This document shows positions 16,826 to 27,139 of a stretch of DNA of 45,690 nucleotides, piece by piece. The position numbers and the translations under genes are program-made. This DNA is from an uncultured Patescibacteria group bacterium. GTDB lineage: Bacteria > Patescibacteriota > Patescibacteriia > UBA2591 > CALHIP01. The DNA is taken from assembly GCA_938030745.1 (NCBI GenBank), contig CALHIP010000012.1, positions 1 to 45,690 on the forward strand, in the 5' to 3' direction. Below the pieces are notes generated by a model. It did no database searches and was not told the DNA's origin. It saw nothing but the letters and a program-made list of their open reading frames with translations. Every line of letters starts with the position of its first letter. Within the stretch, counting starts at the first letter, position 1.

Positions 16826-17266
16826 ATGAAAATTGAAGAAATTAAGGAAATATTAGAAATAATAAATAATTATTTCAACAAACAAAAAGATAAAACAGAA
16901 ATTCGGATTAAAATTTTTATTCTTGGAATAAAACTGGAAATTGTTGGTCAAAGTCTTTCTCCAGCAGAAGAAATGGAGGTCAAACAGGTCAAACAAACAG
17001 ATTTATACCTGCCAAAACAACAGGGAAAGGAAACACCAGAAGGAGAGTTAGTGATTATTAGATCATCGGAAGTAGGACAATTTACTTCATTTGTAAAAAT
17101 TGAAGAAAAAGTGAAAAAAGGTGAAAAAATCGGACTTCTTGAAGTTCTCAGTTTAAAAATGGAGATTGTTTCTCCCTGTGATGGAGAAATTATTTATTGT
17201 ATAACATCGGAAGAAAAGATTCCGGTCGAATTTGGCGAGATTCTTTTTAAAATTAAAATGATTTGA
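16826..17266 (+). CDS. Biotin/lipoyl-attachment-domain (BCCP-like) protein without the canonical biotin lysine
   Basis: IRSSEVGQF, VKKGEKIGLLEV, EIVSPCDGEI, PVEFGEILFKI match the BCCP fold; AAGGAGGTGA at 16813-16822. Confidence 0.75.
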   Translation: MKIEEIKEILEIINNYFNKQKDKTEIRIKIFILGIKLEIVGQSLSPAEEMEVKQVKQTDLYLPKQQGKETPEGELVIIRSSEVGQFTSFVKIEEKVKKGEKIGLLEVLSLKMEIVSPCDGEIIYCITSEEKIPVEFGEILFKIKMI

Positions 17267-17297
17267 AGTCCGCCAATTAAAATAAGGGCGGGCTTCA
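17264..17297. terminator. Hairpin between convergent genes
   Basis: tgaagtccgcc / ggcgggcttca stem that includes both stop codons; no long U tract. Confidence 0.6.
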
Positions 17298-18035
17298 ACA
17301 TTTTAACAAATTTTTTAATTCTAAAGCATTTTCAACTGCATAACCATAAGCATCATTATCGAAATAAACATAAACCGATTCTCCTGTTTTTAAAAATTTA
17401 TTTATTTTCTTAGCGTAATCTTCTAATTGTTTTTTTGTGTATTTTGAAGCATAGAGTTGTTGATGACCATGCAGACGGAGATAAAGATAATCAGCAGTCA
17501 CAACTTCTTGATATGGATAACAAGGGGTATCAGCCCAGCAAAGAGCTAGATTATAATTCTTTAAAATTTTATAAATTGATTTATCAAACCAACTCTGATG
17601 CCGAAATTCAAAGCCAGCTGGTTGGTCTTCTCCTACTAGTTTTCTAAAATTTTTGCAAAATTTTTCTAAGCGTTTCTTATTATTTTTAAAACTTGGTGGA
17701 AATTGAAAGAGTAGAGGCCCCAATTTTTCCTTTAAAACTAAACATCTCTGCCAAAAAGTTTTTAAATCTTCTTCAATCTGATTTAATTTTTTCAAATGGG
17801 TAATCCGACGCCAAACTTTAATAGAAAATAAAAAATTTTGTGGGACTTTTTCTTGCCAATTTAAAAATGTTGTTTCTCGAGGTAGATGATAAAAAGAAGA
17901 ATTAATTTCTACTGTAGAAAAATATTTAGTATAATAAGAAAGCAATTCAGAAGATTTTAAATCTTGAGGATAAAAAACTCCTTTCCAATGATAATAATTC
18001 CAACCGGATGTGCCAATGAAAATTTTATTTTTCAT
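17295..18035 (-). CDS. DUF72 (YecE-like) protein; start probably 18035
   Basis: IGTSGWNY, VEINSSFY, LGPLLFQFPPSF, EFRH.SW, YLRLHG, YVYFDND. Confidence 0.93.
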   Translation of the reverse strand: MKNKIFIGTSGWNYYHWKGVFYPQDLKSSELLSYYTKYFSTVEINSSFYHLPRETTFLNWQEKVPQNFLFSIKVWRRITHLKKLNQIEEDLKTFWQRCLVLKEKLGPLLFQFPPSFKNNKKRLEKFCKNFRKLVGEDQPAGFEFRHQSWFDKSIYKILKNYNLALCWADTPCYPYQEVVTADYLYLRLHGHQQLYASKYTKKQLEDYAKKINKFLKTGESVYVYFDNDAYGYAVENALELKNLLKC

Positions 18036-18106
18036 CTTCTTATATATTATCATCTTTAGATGAACTATCAACTTTACTCATTTTTAAAATAAAATAAAAT
18101 AATAAT

Positions 18107-19483
18107 ATGATTATTAAACTCTTCAATTCTCTTACTCGTCGAAAAGAAATTTTTAAACCTATAAAAGATAAAATAGTTAGTCTTTATACTTGTGGACCAA
18201 CTGTTTATAATTATCCTCATTTGGGTAATTTAAGAACTTATATTTTTGAAGATATTTTGAAACGAGTTTTAATCGCTAATGGCTATAAGGTAAAACATGT
18301 CATGAACATTACTGATGTTGGTCATTTAACCTCAGATGCTGATACTGGCCAAGATAAAATTGAAGAAGCAGCAAAACGGGAGAAAAAAACTGCCTGGGAA
18401 ATTGCTAATTTTTATACCAAAGAATTCAAAAGAAATCTTAAAGCATTAAACATTTTATTTCCAAATCGATGGGTTAAGGCTACCAAAACGATTAAAGACC
18501 AAATCGAATTTATCAAAAAATTAGAGAAAAAGGGGTTTACCTATCTTATTGAAGACGGTGTTTATTTTGATACTTCGAAATTACCAACTTATGGAAAACT
18601 TTCAACTTTAAAAAAGGAGGAAATTTTACCGGGAGCAAGAATAGATGTCAAGGGAAAGAAAAATCCAACTGATTTTGCTCTTTGGAAATTTTCGCCTAAA
18701 GGAATTAAAAGACAGATGGAATGGAATTCTCCGTGGGGAGTTGGTTTTCCTGGTTGGCATACTGAATGTGTAGTTATGAGTATAAAAAATTTAGGTATTC
18801 CATTTGATATTCACTGTGGTGGTGTTGATCATCTTTCAATTCATCACCCAAATGAAATTGCTCAAGCAGAAGCGGTTTATCAAAAACCATTAGCTAATTT
18901 TTGGCTCCATGGCGAATTTCTTAATTTCGGTCAAGAAAAAATGGCTAAATCAACTGGTAGATTTATTATCTTGAAAGATTTAATCGAAAAAGGTTATGAT
19001 CCACTCGCTTTTCGCTATCTTTGTCTGACAACTCATTATCGATCAAAATTAAATTTTACCTGGTCATCGCTTAAAGCAAGTCAAAATGCTTTAAAAAAGA
19101 TTTATCAGAAAATCTCAGGTTTTAAAAAGGGGAAAGTTGGTTGTGCTGATTATGAAGAAAAATTTTTAGCGGCAGTTAATGATGATTTAAATTTACCAAA
19201 AGCTTTAGCTATAACTTGGAATTTAATTGATTCAAATTTACCAGATCAAGTAAAATTAGTTTCTCTTTTTAAATTCGATCAAATTTTAGGCCTTTCTTTT
19301 GAAAAAATTTGGCATCAGAGTCAAAGAATTCCTTATAAAATTAAAAGATTAGTTGAACAAAGAGAGAAATTAAGGCAAGAAAAAAAATGGTCTGAGGCTG
19401 ATGAGATTCGTGAAGAGATAAAAAAACTTGGCTACCAAATTGAAGATACAAAAGAAGGTCCGATAATTAAGAAGATATTTTAA
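18107..19483 (+). CDS. cysS: Cysteine--tRNA ligase
   Basis: [40 protein letters not shown]. Confidence 0.98.
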   Translation: MIIKLFNSLTRRKEIFKPIKDKIVSLYTCGPTVYNYPHLGNLRTYIFEDILKRVLIANGYKVKHVMNITDVGHLTSDADTGQDKIEEAAKREKKTAWEIANFYTKEFKRNLKALNILFPNRWVKATKTIKDQIEFIKKLEKKGFTYLIEDGVYFDTSKLPTYGKLSTLKKEEILPGARIDVKGKKNPTDFALWKFSPKGIKRQMEWNSPWGVGFPGWHTECVVMSIKNLGIPFDIHCGGVDHLSIHHPNEIAQAEAVYQKPLANFWLHGEFLNFGQEKMAKSTGRFIILKDLIEKGYDPLAFRYLCLTTHYRSKLNFTWSSLKASQNALKKIYQKISGFKKGKVGCADYEEKFLAAVNDDLNLPKALAITWNLIDSNLPDQVKLVSLFKFDQILGLSFEKIWHQSQRIPYKIKRLVEQREKLRQEKKWSEADEIREEIKKLGYQIEDTKEGPIIKKIF

Positions 19484-20838
19484 AACTCTTCTTTAGTTGG
19501 CAAAGCAAACGGTGGTTCGCCTTTTTTTGAACCTGTTTTTTTCACTAAAGGTGCCTCAACTGTTACTACTGGAAAATGATAAATTGTTGCTAATTCTTCA
19601 ATATTTAAAATATAACCGTTTGTCCCTCTTCTGAAACTCCTTTCTTTATATGCCTTTAAAATTTCATTTTGTTTTTTAATAATTTGGCGATTGGGAGTAA
19701 GACAGAAACCTGATGGCATTGTCTTTACATGATCATCTGGTTTAAAACCATTCATATCTAAAGTATTGAACTGATTAAGTGCTCCTAAAATCCCTGGTAT
19801 CGCTCGATGAACATCATAAACATCCTTTTTTGCTAAATAAATAATTCTAATTTTTGTTCGAAAACCAATTTTAGAAATTTTTCTTTGAATAGCAGCTACC
19901 ACTTCTTTTTCACCTGGCGAAAGGAAGGAAATTAAAGATGGTGGTTCTTCTTTTTCAATTGCTTTTGTCTCACCGCCGGTAATTGTTTCACCAAAGAATA
20001 TCTCGTAAATAAAATTAGATAAAGCTCCAAAAATTTTTGGAATTAAACTGCTTAAAAAATCGCTAAGTCCTCCTCCAGTTTTTTCTTTTGGTTTAGCACC
20101 AATTAATTTATTAACTAATTCTTCACCTCTTTTTTTCCAAGTTAAACCACCGAAAGTAATAAGAATTTGAATCCATATTTGTTCTCCTTCACGAATTTTA
20201 TTTAAAACTTCTAAAAGATTTGAAATTGGATCTTTAAATTCGCCAGATAAAGAGTGTTCAAAAGAAGGATAGGTCCTAATTGGATAAGCTTCTTTGTTAT
20301 AAAGAACAATTTCTGTTCCCCAAAGATTGTATTCTGGATGAGGAAATCTATCAGGAGCATCTTTTGTATAATCTTCGACTTCATAAATTTCAATGTTTGG
20401 ATATTCTCCGTAAAAGGCTGCTTCAACTAGGTTTCGATATTCCAATGGCGTCCGGACTAAAAATTGGATATTTCCTTCTTTACTAATGATTTCAAAAGAA
20501 AAACGCGGTCGGTTAAAAATTGAAGAATCTTGGACAAAACCACGAGCTGAACCAGCAGTCGCTAAATGAGCAAATAATCGCTCTGTGACCTCTGGACCAT
20601 GAGGATTGTCTCTTGGCACATCAAGGGCTAAAAGCACATATTTAGTATTCTTTTCTTTAATTATTTCAGATCGATAATTAAGAATTTGAGTTATACCCCA
20701 GATAATTAAAAAAACAAAAATCAGCCAACCACCATTTGTTATCAAACGCCAAATAAGAGCAAAAAATGGTAAATTTGCCCAATTCAATATTTCTTCTAAA
20801 TTAATGGTAAATTTTGGAATATTTATTTCCAAAGGCAT
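19480..20838 (-). CDS. Conserved hypothetical membrane-anchored protein (CPR type)
   Basis: 452 aa, N-terminal TM; [36 protein letters not shown] motifs. Confidence 0.75.
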   Translation of the reverse strand: MPLEINIPKFTINLEEILNWANLPFFALIWRLITNGGWLIFVFLIIWGITQILNYRSEIIKEKNTKYVLLALDVPRDNPHGPEVTERLFAHLATAGSARGFVQDSSIFNRPRFSFEIISKEGNIQFLVRTPLEYRNLVEAAFYGEYPNIEIYEVEDYTKDAPDRFPHPEYNLWGTEIVLYNKEAYPIRTYPSFEHSLSGEFKDPISNLLEVLNKIREGEQIWIQILITFGGLTWKKRGEELVNKLIGAKPKEKTGGGLSDFLSSLIPKIFGALSNFIYEIFFGETITGGETKAIEKEEPPSLISFLSPGEKEVVAAIQRKISKIGFRTKIRIIYLAKKDVYDVHRAIPGILGALNQFNTLDMNGFKPDDHVKTMPSGFCLTPNRQIIKKQNEILKAYKERSFRRGTNGYILNIEELATIYHFPVVTVEAPLVKKTGSKKGEPPFALPTKEEF

Positions 20839-20844
20839 ATTATT

Positions 20845-21981
20845 TTATAATCCTTCTTTTTCAAGTTCTTCTAATAATTTTCTTTGTTTTTTTGTCAAAA
20901 CTTTAGGTATTTTTATATTGATAGTTACTAATTGATCTCCTCTTCCTTTTGTTCTTAAATATGGAACACCTTTGCCTTTTAATCTGAAAACTTGGCCAGA
21001 ACGAGTTCCGGGAGGGATTTTTAAAATCACCTCTCCTTCTAATGTTTTAACTCTTAATTTTCCACCTAAAACTGCTGTTGAAATAGGGATTTCTTCTTCA
21101 GATAAAATATCATGACCTTTCCTTTTAAAAAATGGATCTGGTTTAATATGAAAAGTTAAATATAAATCTCCTGCTTGACCTCCCTTTATTCCTGCCTCAC
21201 CTTGACCTCTTAAAACAATTGTTTCTTTTTCATCAATACCAGCAGGAATTTTGACTTTTAAAGTTTTTCTTTCGAAAATCCTTCCTTCGCCGGCACATCT
21301 TAAACATTTTTTCTCTGGAACCTTCCCCTCACCTCCACATTTAGGACAAGTTATTGTTGTTCTAATTTGACCGAAAAAAGTTGATCGAACTTTTAAAATT
21401 TGACCAGAACCACGGCAGTTTGAACAAGTAATAAATTTAGAATCTTTAGCTACTCCACTGCCATTACATTCTGGACAAATAACAAGTTTATCTAAAGAAA
21501 TTTCTTTCTCACCACCAAAGATTGCCTGACGAAAGTCTAAAGTTACATTAAGATGAAGATCTCGACCTCGCTTGGCTCTTGGTTTGGCTCTTGTTTTTAT
21601 TCCAAAAAAGTCTTCAAAAAGATCCTCTAAATTAGTAAAACCCCATTCTCCCTCTTCAGAAAAATCACCAAAAATATCTTTCATTGCCTCAGCATAATTC
21701 ACCCAATCTCTAAATCCTTCAAAGCCAGCAAAACCGCCAGCTGCTTGCGCCTGTTCGAAGGCCGAACCATACTGATCATAAAGCCTTCTTTTTTCTGGAT
21801 CAGAAAGAACTTGATAAGCCTCGTTAATTTTTTTAAATTTTTCGTTCATTTCTTTGTATTCTGGTTTGCCATAAAATTTATCCGGATGATACTTTTGAAC
21901 CAATTCCCTGTAAGCCCGCTTAATCTCTTCTGGCGAGGCATCTCTTTTTACACCTAAAATTTTATAATAATCTTCACTCAT
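20845..21981 (-). CDS. dnaJ: Chaperone DnaJ
   Basis: J domain with HPD, G/F region, four CxxCxGxG repeats. Confidence 0.98.
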   Translation of the reverse strand: MSEDYYKILGVKRDASPEEIKRAYRELVQKYHPDKFYGKPEYKEMNEKFKKINEAYQVLSDPEKRRLYDQYGSAFEQAQAAGGFAGFEGFRDWVNYAEAMKDIFGDFSEEGEWGFTNLEDLFEDFFGIKTRAKPRAKRGRDLHLNVTLDFRQAIFGGEKEISLDKLVICPECNGSGVAKDSKFITCSNCRGSGQILKVRSTFFGQIRTTITCPKCGGEGKVPEKKCLRCAGEGRIFERKTLKVKIPAGIDEKETIVLRGQGEAGIKGGQAGDLYLTFHIKPDPFFKRKGHDILSEEEIPISTAVLGGKLRVKTLEGEVILKIPPGTRSGQVFRLKGKGVPYLRTKGRGDQLVTINIKIPKVLTKKQRKLLEELEKEGL

Positions 21982-21985
21982 ATTT

Positions 21986-22414
21986 TTATAAATCTTCTTC
22001 AGAAAATATTTTGATTTTTTTCTTTTTTAACAATTTAGTTGTTATCCCATTTCCTTCAATTAGTTTACCTGAGAAAGTGCCATCATAAATTTTGCCATAA
22101 CCACAAGATGGACTTTTTTGTTTTAAAATAGCTTCTTTGATACCAAAAAATTTAACAATCTTTAAAACTTCTTTTGCACCTTTTAAAAAATATTTTGTTA
22201 CATCTTTACCAGATTTTGTAAATACTTTATTTCCTTTCTGCTCAGCTGGTTCTCTTGGTGTTGGTAATCCACCAAATTGTTCTGGACAAACTGGAATTAA
22301 AATTGCTTTTTTTGTCAAATCCAAAACCTTTTTATTTAGATTATTCTTACCATCATATCGACAGTTTATTCCTAGTAAACAGGCACTACAAATAATTATA
22401 TTTTTATTTTTCAT
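21986..22414 (-). CDS. DUF523 / 2-thiouracil desulfurase-family Fe-S protein
   Basis: SACLLGINCRYDG, PVCPEQFGGLPTPR, LKQKSPSCG. Confidence 0.92.
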   Translation of the reverse strand: MKNKNIIICSACLLGINCRYDGKNNLNKKVLDLTKKAILIPVCPEQFGGLPTPREPAEQKGNKVFTKSGKDVTKYFLKGAKEVLKIVKFFGIKEAILKQKSPSCGYGKIYDGTFSGKLIEGNGITTKLLKKKKIKIFSEEDL

Positions 22415-23451
22415 ATCGAAATATCCTCTCCCTCTTTCATTACTTTTTCTATTCGAACAAAATGGAAAAGAATAAGAATTTGAAAGATCAAAAGAGAGAA
22501 AAATAAAACAAGCCAGGAAAATGGAATAAAAATGATTCTTAGAACAAAGAAAACAAAAATTGCAGAAATAATCGGCAGATATTTAAGATAAGGACCAAAT
22601 AATCTAGTTAATTGTTTATTAGCTAATTTATTAATTACTTCAGCAATTTTTTCATTACCTTTTAATTCAATTCCTAAATTTTTTGCCAATTCATTTCTCT
22701 TTTGAGCTAAATCTTTTGGGTCAATATTTTCTGCCTGTTTTTTTACTAGATTGTTAATTTCTGGATCTTTTAAAAGTTCATCAAAATTAATTTCTTTTAG
22801 ATTCTTGCCTTGAAACTTTTTATTTTTAATTATTTCTGGTGAAAGGTTATCAAGATCAATCTTTTCTAAGGCTAAATTTATTTTTACCATCTCATCAATT
22901 GTCATTTCTAACTCAAAAAATGGCAAAACTTTAACAATTGTTCTTTTCAATGGCTTTAAAATCATTTCTAAAATCTGAGGTGATAAATTTATTCCTTCTT
23001 TATCAATTTTTGTTAATGGATAAAAATAACTAATCAAAGCAAAGAAAAAAGCTAAGAATGTTGTCATCAATGGCATCCCTTTTTTAAAGATCATTATTAA
23101 TGAAATTTTTAATCTTTCATTTCTTTCTTTTTGCATCAAGGATCGAGACAGAATGAAAATCAAAAAGAGAATGACCAAGCCAATTAAAAGATAGTAATGA
23201 AATTTAAAAAATAAAAAGAAAATCGCTAAGCTAAAAAAATAGGTAATTATAGCAATAGATTTTGGAACTAACAGAGAAAAGATTAACCAGAAAACTAGAA
23301 AAAGGAAAAGCCAGATACCTAACCAAATTAAAGATCGCCAAGAAAAATCTTGTTTAAGAAAAGTATGATTCAATTTTTGCCAAAGTAAGAAGGTAATTGC
23401 CAATATTAAAACAGAGAGAATAAATACTTTTATTGTTTTAGAACTTGGCAT
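22411..23451 (-). CDS. Hypothetical membrane protein
   Basis: 346 aa, five N-terminal TMs, a soluble domain and a C-terminal TM; co-oriented inside the dnaK operon. Confidence 0.8.
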   Translation of the reverse strand: MPSSKTIKVFILSVLILAITFLLWQKLNHTFLKQDFSWRSLIWLGIWLFLFLVFWLIFSLLVPKSIAIITYFFSLAIFFLFFKFHYYLLIGLVILFLIFILSRSLMQKERNERLKISLIMIFKKGMPLMTTFLAFFFALISYFYPLTKIDKEGINLSPQILEMILKPLKRTIVKVLPFFELEMTIDEMVKINLALEKIDLDNLSPEIIKNKKFQGKNLKEINFDELLKDPEINNLVKKQAENIDPKDLAQKRNELAKNLGIELKGNEKIAEVINKLANKQLTRLFGPYLKYLPIISAIFVFFVLRIIFIPFSWLVLFFSLLIFQILILFHFVRIEKVMKEGEDISI

Positions 23452-23468
23452 GTCAATTTTTTAATTTA

Positions 23469-25298
23469 CTATTTTTCCTCCGTATATTCTCCTTCTATCG
23501 GCTCTTCTTTATCTTTATTTTTTTCTGAAGATTTCTGTTCTTGTTGGCGATATAATTCTGCCCCAATTTTCTGAATTTCTTGTGATAGTGCTTCCATTCC
23601 TTTTTTAATTAAATCAGCATCATTACCAGTTATGCTCTTTTTTAATTCGGCAATTTTTTCTTCAATTACTTTTTTATCTTCATCTTTAATTTTATCAGCA
23701 AAATCTTTTAATGTTTTTTCAGAACTATAAATCAAAGCATCAGCTTGATTTTTTAATTCAGCTAATTCTCTCTTTTTTCTATCTTCTTCAGCAAATTTCT
23801 CTGCTTCTTTTCTCATTCTTTCAATTTCTTCTTTTGAGAGTGCTTTTGAATCACGAATAACAATATGCTGTTCTTTTCCAGTAGCTTTATCTTTTGCTCT
23901 AACTGTTAAAATACCATCAGCATCAATATCAAAAGTAACTTCAATTTGAGGAACACCTCGAGGAGCTGGTGGAATTCCATCTAAAATAAATCTACCAAGT
24001 GTTCGATTATCTGCTGCCATAGGTCTTTCACCTTGAAGAACATGAATTTCAACTGATGTCTGATTATCACTCGCAGTAGAAAAAATCTGAGTTTTTGAAG
24101 TTGGAATAGTTGTATTTCTTTCGATCAATGGCGTCATTATTCCACCTAGAGTTTCAATTCCTAAAGTCAATGGTGTAACATCTAACAATTGAACTTCTCT
24201 CACTTCAGTGTCACCAGCTAAAATAGCTGCTTGAATAGCTGCACCCATCGCTACACATTCCATTGGATCAATACCTCTTTCAATTTTTGGTCCAAAATAG
24301 TCTTCTAAAAATTTCTGAACAATCGGCATCCGTGTTGGTCCGCCAACTAATATAATTTTTTCAATATCAGCTGGAGTTAATTTAGCGTCAGCAAGAGCTC
24401 TTTCTATTGGACCACGACATCTTTCAATTACTGGTTTAACTAAATTTTCTAATTTAGCCCTAGTTATTTTCATTAGTAAATGTTTTGGACCTTCTGAAGT
24501 AGCAGTAATAAATGGAAGATTAATTTCTGTCTCTAAAACAGAAGAAAGCTCAATTTTTGCTTTTTCTGCTGCCTCGCGAATTCTTTGCATTGCCATTTTA
24601 TCTTTCCTTAAGTCAATCCCTTCTGATTTTTTGAATTCTTCAATAATATAATCAATCAAAATGTTATCCATATCTGTTCCGCCAAGTTGGGTATCGCCAG
24701 CAGTTGAGAGAACTTCAAAAACACCACCGCCAAAATTCATAATTGTTACATCTAAAGTTCCTCCACCAAAATCAAAAACTAAAACTTGCTGATCTTTTTC
24801 TTGAATTTTATCAAGACCATAAGCTAAACAAGCAGCAGTTGGTTCATTAATAATTCTAATCACTTCTAAACCAGCAATAGCACCTGCATCTTTCGTTGCT
24901 TGCCTTTGAGCATCGTCAAAATAAGCTGGAACTGTAATAACTGCTTTTTCAACTTTATCACCTAAATATAACTCAGCATCTCTTTTAATTTTCTGTAAAA
25001 TAAAAGCTGAAATTTGTTGAGGAGTATATTCTTTACCAAAAATCTTATACTTAAAATCAGTACCCATTTTTCTTTTCACGCCAGTAATTGTTCCTTCTGG
25101 ATTAGCTACTGCTTGACGTCGAGCTGGTTCGCCAACAAGTAATTCGCCATCTTTAGTAAAAGCAACATAAGACGGAAAAGCCTTACCGCCAACTAAAGTT
25201 GTTCCTTCTGCTGAAGGAATCATTTTCGGTCGACCAGCCTCAACATAGGCTGCAGCTGAGTTTGATGTACCAAGATCTATACCAATGATCTTAGGCAT
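23469..25298 (-). CDS. dnaK: Chaperone DnaK; start probably 25298 (MPKIIG)
   Basis: [52 protein letters not shown]. Confidence 0.98.
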   Translation of the reverse strand: MPKIIGIDLGTSNSAAAYVEAGRPKMIPSAEGTTLVGGKAFPSYVAFTKDGELLVGEPARRQAVANPEGTITGVKRKMGTDFKYKIFGKEYTPQQISAFILQKIKRDAELYLGDKVEKAVITVPAYFDDAQRQATKDAGAIAGLEVIRIINEPTAACLAYGLDKIQEKDQQVLVFDFGGGTLDVTIMNFGGGVFEVLSTAGDTQLGGTDMDNILIDYIIEEFKKSEGIDLRKDKMAMQRIREAAEKAKIELSSVLETEINLPFITATSEGPKHLLMKITRAKLENLVKPVIERCRGPIERALADAKLTPADIEKIILVGGPTRMPIVQKFLEDYFGPKIERGIDPMECVAMGAAIQAAILAGDTEVREVQLLDVTPLTLGIETLGGIMTPLIERNTTIPTSKTQIFSTASDNQTSVEIHVLQGERPMAADNRTLGRFILDGIPPAPRGVPQIEVTFDIDADGILTVRAKDKATGKEQHIVIRDSKALSKEEIERMRKEAEKFAEEDRKKRELAELKNQADALIYSSEKTLKDFADKIKDEDKKVIEEKIAELKKSITGNDADLIKKGMEALSQEIQKIGAELYRQQEQKSSEKNKDKEEPIEGEYTEEK

Positions 25299-25374
25299 AT
25301 GGGTTATGTTAATAAATTCTAAATCTTTTATCCTAATTCTAATATCCAAATTTAAAGAATTTAGATATTAGAAT

Positions 25375-25842
25375 TTAGGATTTTTTTGATTTCTTTACTT
25401 TGATTTTTATTTTTTTCGCCTTAGCTACTGGTGCCTTGGGAATAACAATTTTTAAAAGTCCATCTTCATAAGTAGCCTGAGCCTTATCGCCAATTACTTT
25501 AGTTGGCAAACCTACTACTCGATAAAAGCTTCCATAACGAACTTCTTTACGGTAATAATCTTTTTCTTCAACTTCTGATTTTTTCTCACTTTTTCCTTTT
25601 AAGATCAATTTATCATCCTCTACTGAAATATCAACTTTTTCTGGCTCAATTCCAGGAACTTGTGTTTCAACAATAACATTATCTCCTTTTTCATAAACAT
25701 CAACTGGAGGAATAAATTCAGCTTCTTTTATTTCTGGCCATTCTCTTTCAATCAATTTATACCATCGATCAATCCATTTATCAACTTCCTCCCAATCTTC
25801 CCAAGGTCGCCAAAGCCAAGGTCGCCAAGGAATAAGTGGCAT
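25375..25842 (-). CDS. Hsp20/alpha-crystallin small heat shock protein
   Basis: PPVDVYE, PGI, YGSFYR, ATYEDGLLKIVIPK. Confidence 0.95.
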   Translation of the reverse strand: MPLIPWRPWLWRPWEDWEEVDKWIDRWYKLIEREWPEIKEAEFIPPVDVYEKGDNVIVETQVPGIEPEKVDISVEDDKLILKGKSEKKSEVEEKDYYRKEVRYGSFYRVVGLPTKVIGDKAQATYEDGLLKIVIPKAPVAKAKKIKIKVKKSKKS

Positions 25843-25898
25843 ATGTTTTAAATTAAAATCTTATCTAAAAATTTTCGACCTTTTGTTTAAAAAGTTTT

Positions 25899-26384
25899 TT
25901 ATTTTACTATAACCTTAGCCACTTTTATTACTTTGCCATTCATTTTATACCCAGTACTTACTTCTTCCACGATTTCATCACTTTCTCCTCTTTTTTCAAC
26001 AGCTTCATGTAACTCAGGATTGAATTTTTCACCAAGAGTCTTTATTTTTTCTATTCCTAGATCTTTTAAAAACTCATCAAATTGTTTTTTTATTTGTTTT
26101 AGTCCTTCTATTAGTGCCTCTTTCTGAGTTTCTTGATACTCTAATGATTTATTTAGATTTTCATAAATTGGCAAAATTTTTAAAACTAAATCTTTAGTTG
26201 CAAATTCTATCCATTCACTTTTTTCCTTTTCAATTTCTCTTTCTCGATTAATATAATCTGCCTTAGCCCTTTTCCAACCATCTAAATATTCTTTATTCTG
26301 TTTTTTTAATTCTTCAATTTCCTTCTTTAACTGATTTATTTCTTCTTTTAACTTATTAATATCTTCTTTTTTTCCGAAAATCAT
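25899..26384 (-). CDS. grpE: Nucleotide exchange factor GrpE
   Basis: RAKADYIN, GEKFNPELHEAV, GYKMNGKVIKVAKV. Confidence 0.96.
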   Translation of the reverse strand: MIFGKKEDINKLKEEINQLKKEIEELKKQNKEYLDGWKRAKADYINREREIEKEKSEWIEFATKDLVLKILPIYENLNKSLEYQETQKEALIEGLKQIKKQFDEFLKDLGIEKIKTLGEKFNPELHEAVEKRGESDEIVEEVSTGYKMNGKVIKVAKVIVK

Positions 26385-27061
26385 ATAATTTTTTTAATAG
26401 ATTTTATTAAACTCAGATTTTTATTATAATCCATTCTTATTGGACCTAATAAACCAATAACAATTTTTTCATTATCTATTTCAATTTTATCAAATATTGT
26501 TGCACATTTATCACCGAAAGGATTTTCATCACCAATTAAAATTTTTACTTCATTTATCTTATCAAAAATATTTCTCATTGTCTCGTCTAGATGGTCAATT
26601 ATTTCAGAGAAATTTTTGACTAAAGATAAATCTTTAAATTCTGGTTGATGGAAAAGATAAGAAAGACCAGTATAATAAAAATCTTCTTTTGAGAATGCTA
26701 CTACTACTGCCTCTTTTGAAAGTTCAGCTAATTTTTTAGCTAAATTTTTCACTCTTTCTCTTTTTCCTTTCTTTTTATTATCGATTTCAAAGAACTTCTC
26801 TATCAAGAAATTATCTTCTTCTTTTAAAAAATTATCAAGAAAAAATTTAAAACCTTTAAGGGTAGGAATTCTTCCGGCTGAAGTATGAGGTTGAAAAAGC
26901 AAACCCATTTTTGTTAAATCAAGCATCTCATTACGAAGAGTTGCTGAACTTAATTTCGGGAAATCTTTTTTTGCTAACATTCTAGAACTAATTGGTTTTG
27001 CTTTCTTAATATATTCTTCAATTACTTTTTTTAAAACTTTCTTTTTTCTTTGAGTAAGCAT
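26381..27061 (-). CDS. hrcA: Heat-inducible repressor HrcA (short form); start probably 27061
   Basis: SSATLRNEM, QPHTSAGRIPT, IGDEN, LGPIRMDY. Confidence 0.95.
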   Translation of the reverse strand: MLTQRKKKVLKKVIEEYIKKAKPISSRMLAKKDFPKLSSATLRNEMLDLTKMGLLFQPHTSAGRIPTLKGFKFFLDNFLKEEDNFLIEKFFEIDNKKKGKRERVKNLAKKLAELSKEAVVVAFSKEDFYYTGLSYLFHQPEFKDLSLVKNFSEIIDHLDETMRNIFDKINEVKILIGDENPFGDKCATIFDKIEIDNEKIVIGLLGPIRMDYNKNLSLIKSIKKII

Positions 27062-27093
27062 AGGTTTTATTTTATATTCCAATTTTATCAAAA

Positions 27094-27120
27094 TTAGCAC
27101 TCTTGTGTCAAGAGTGCTAA
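27094..27120. promoter_or_regulatory. CIRCE operator overlapping the hrcA promoter
   Basis: Perfect TTAGCACTC-N9-GAGTGCTAA. Minus-strand TTGACA (27111-27106) lies in the spacer, with TGaTAAAAT about 18 nt downstream. Confidence 0.97.
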
Positions 27121-27122
27121 CC

Positions 27123-27131
27123 TGTGGATAA
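27123..27131 (-). promoter_or_regulatory. Consensus DnaA box (TTATCCACA)
   Basis: Plus-strand tgtggataa, 2 bp from CIRCE. Confidence 0.5.
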
Positions 27132-27139
27132 CTTAAGTT

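Noticed and set aside
25801-25830. 15 bp tandem repeat ccaaggtcgccaa in the hsp20 5' end (WRPWLWRPW)
   Set aside because: Two copies, in frame, consistent with the aromatic/Pro-rich variable N-terminus of small heat shock proteins.
27123-27131. Replication origin suggested by the DnaA box
   Set aside because: Only one box in a very short intergenic gap, with no cluster and no dnaA/dnaN nearby.
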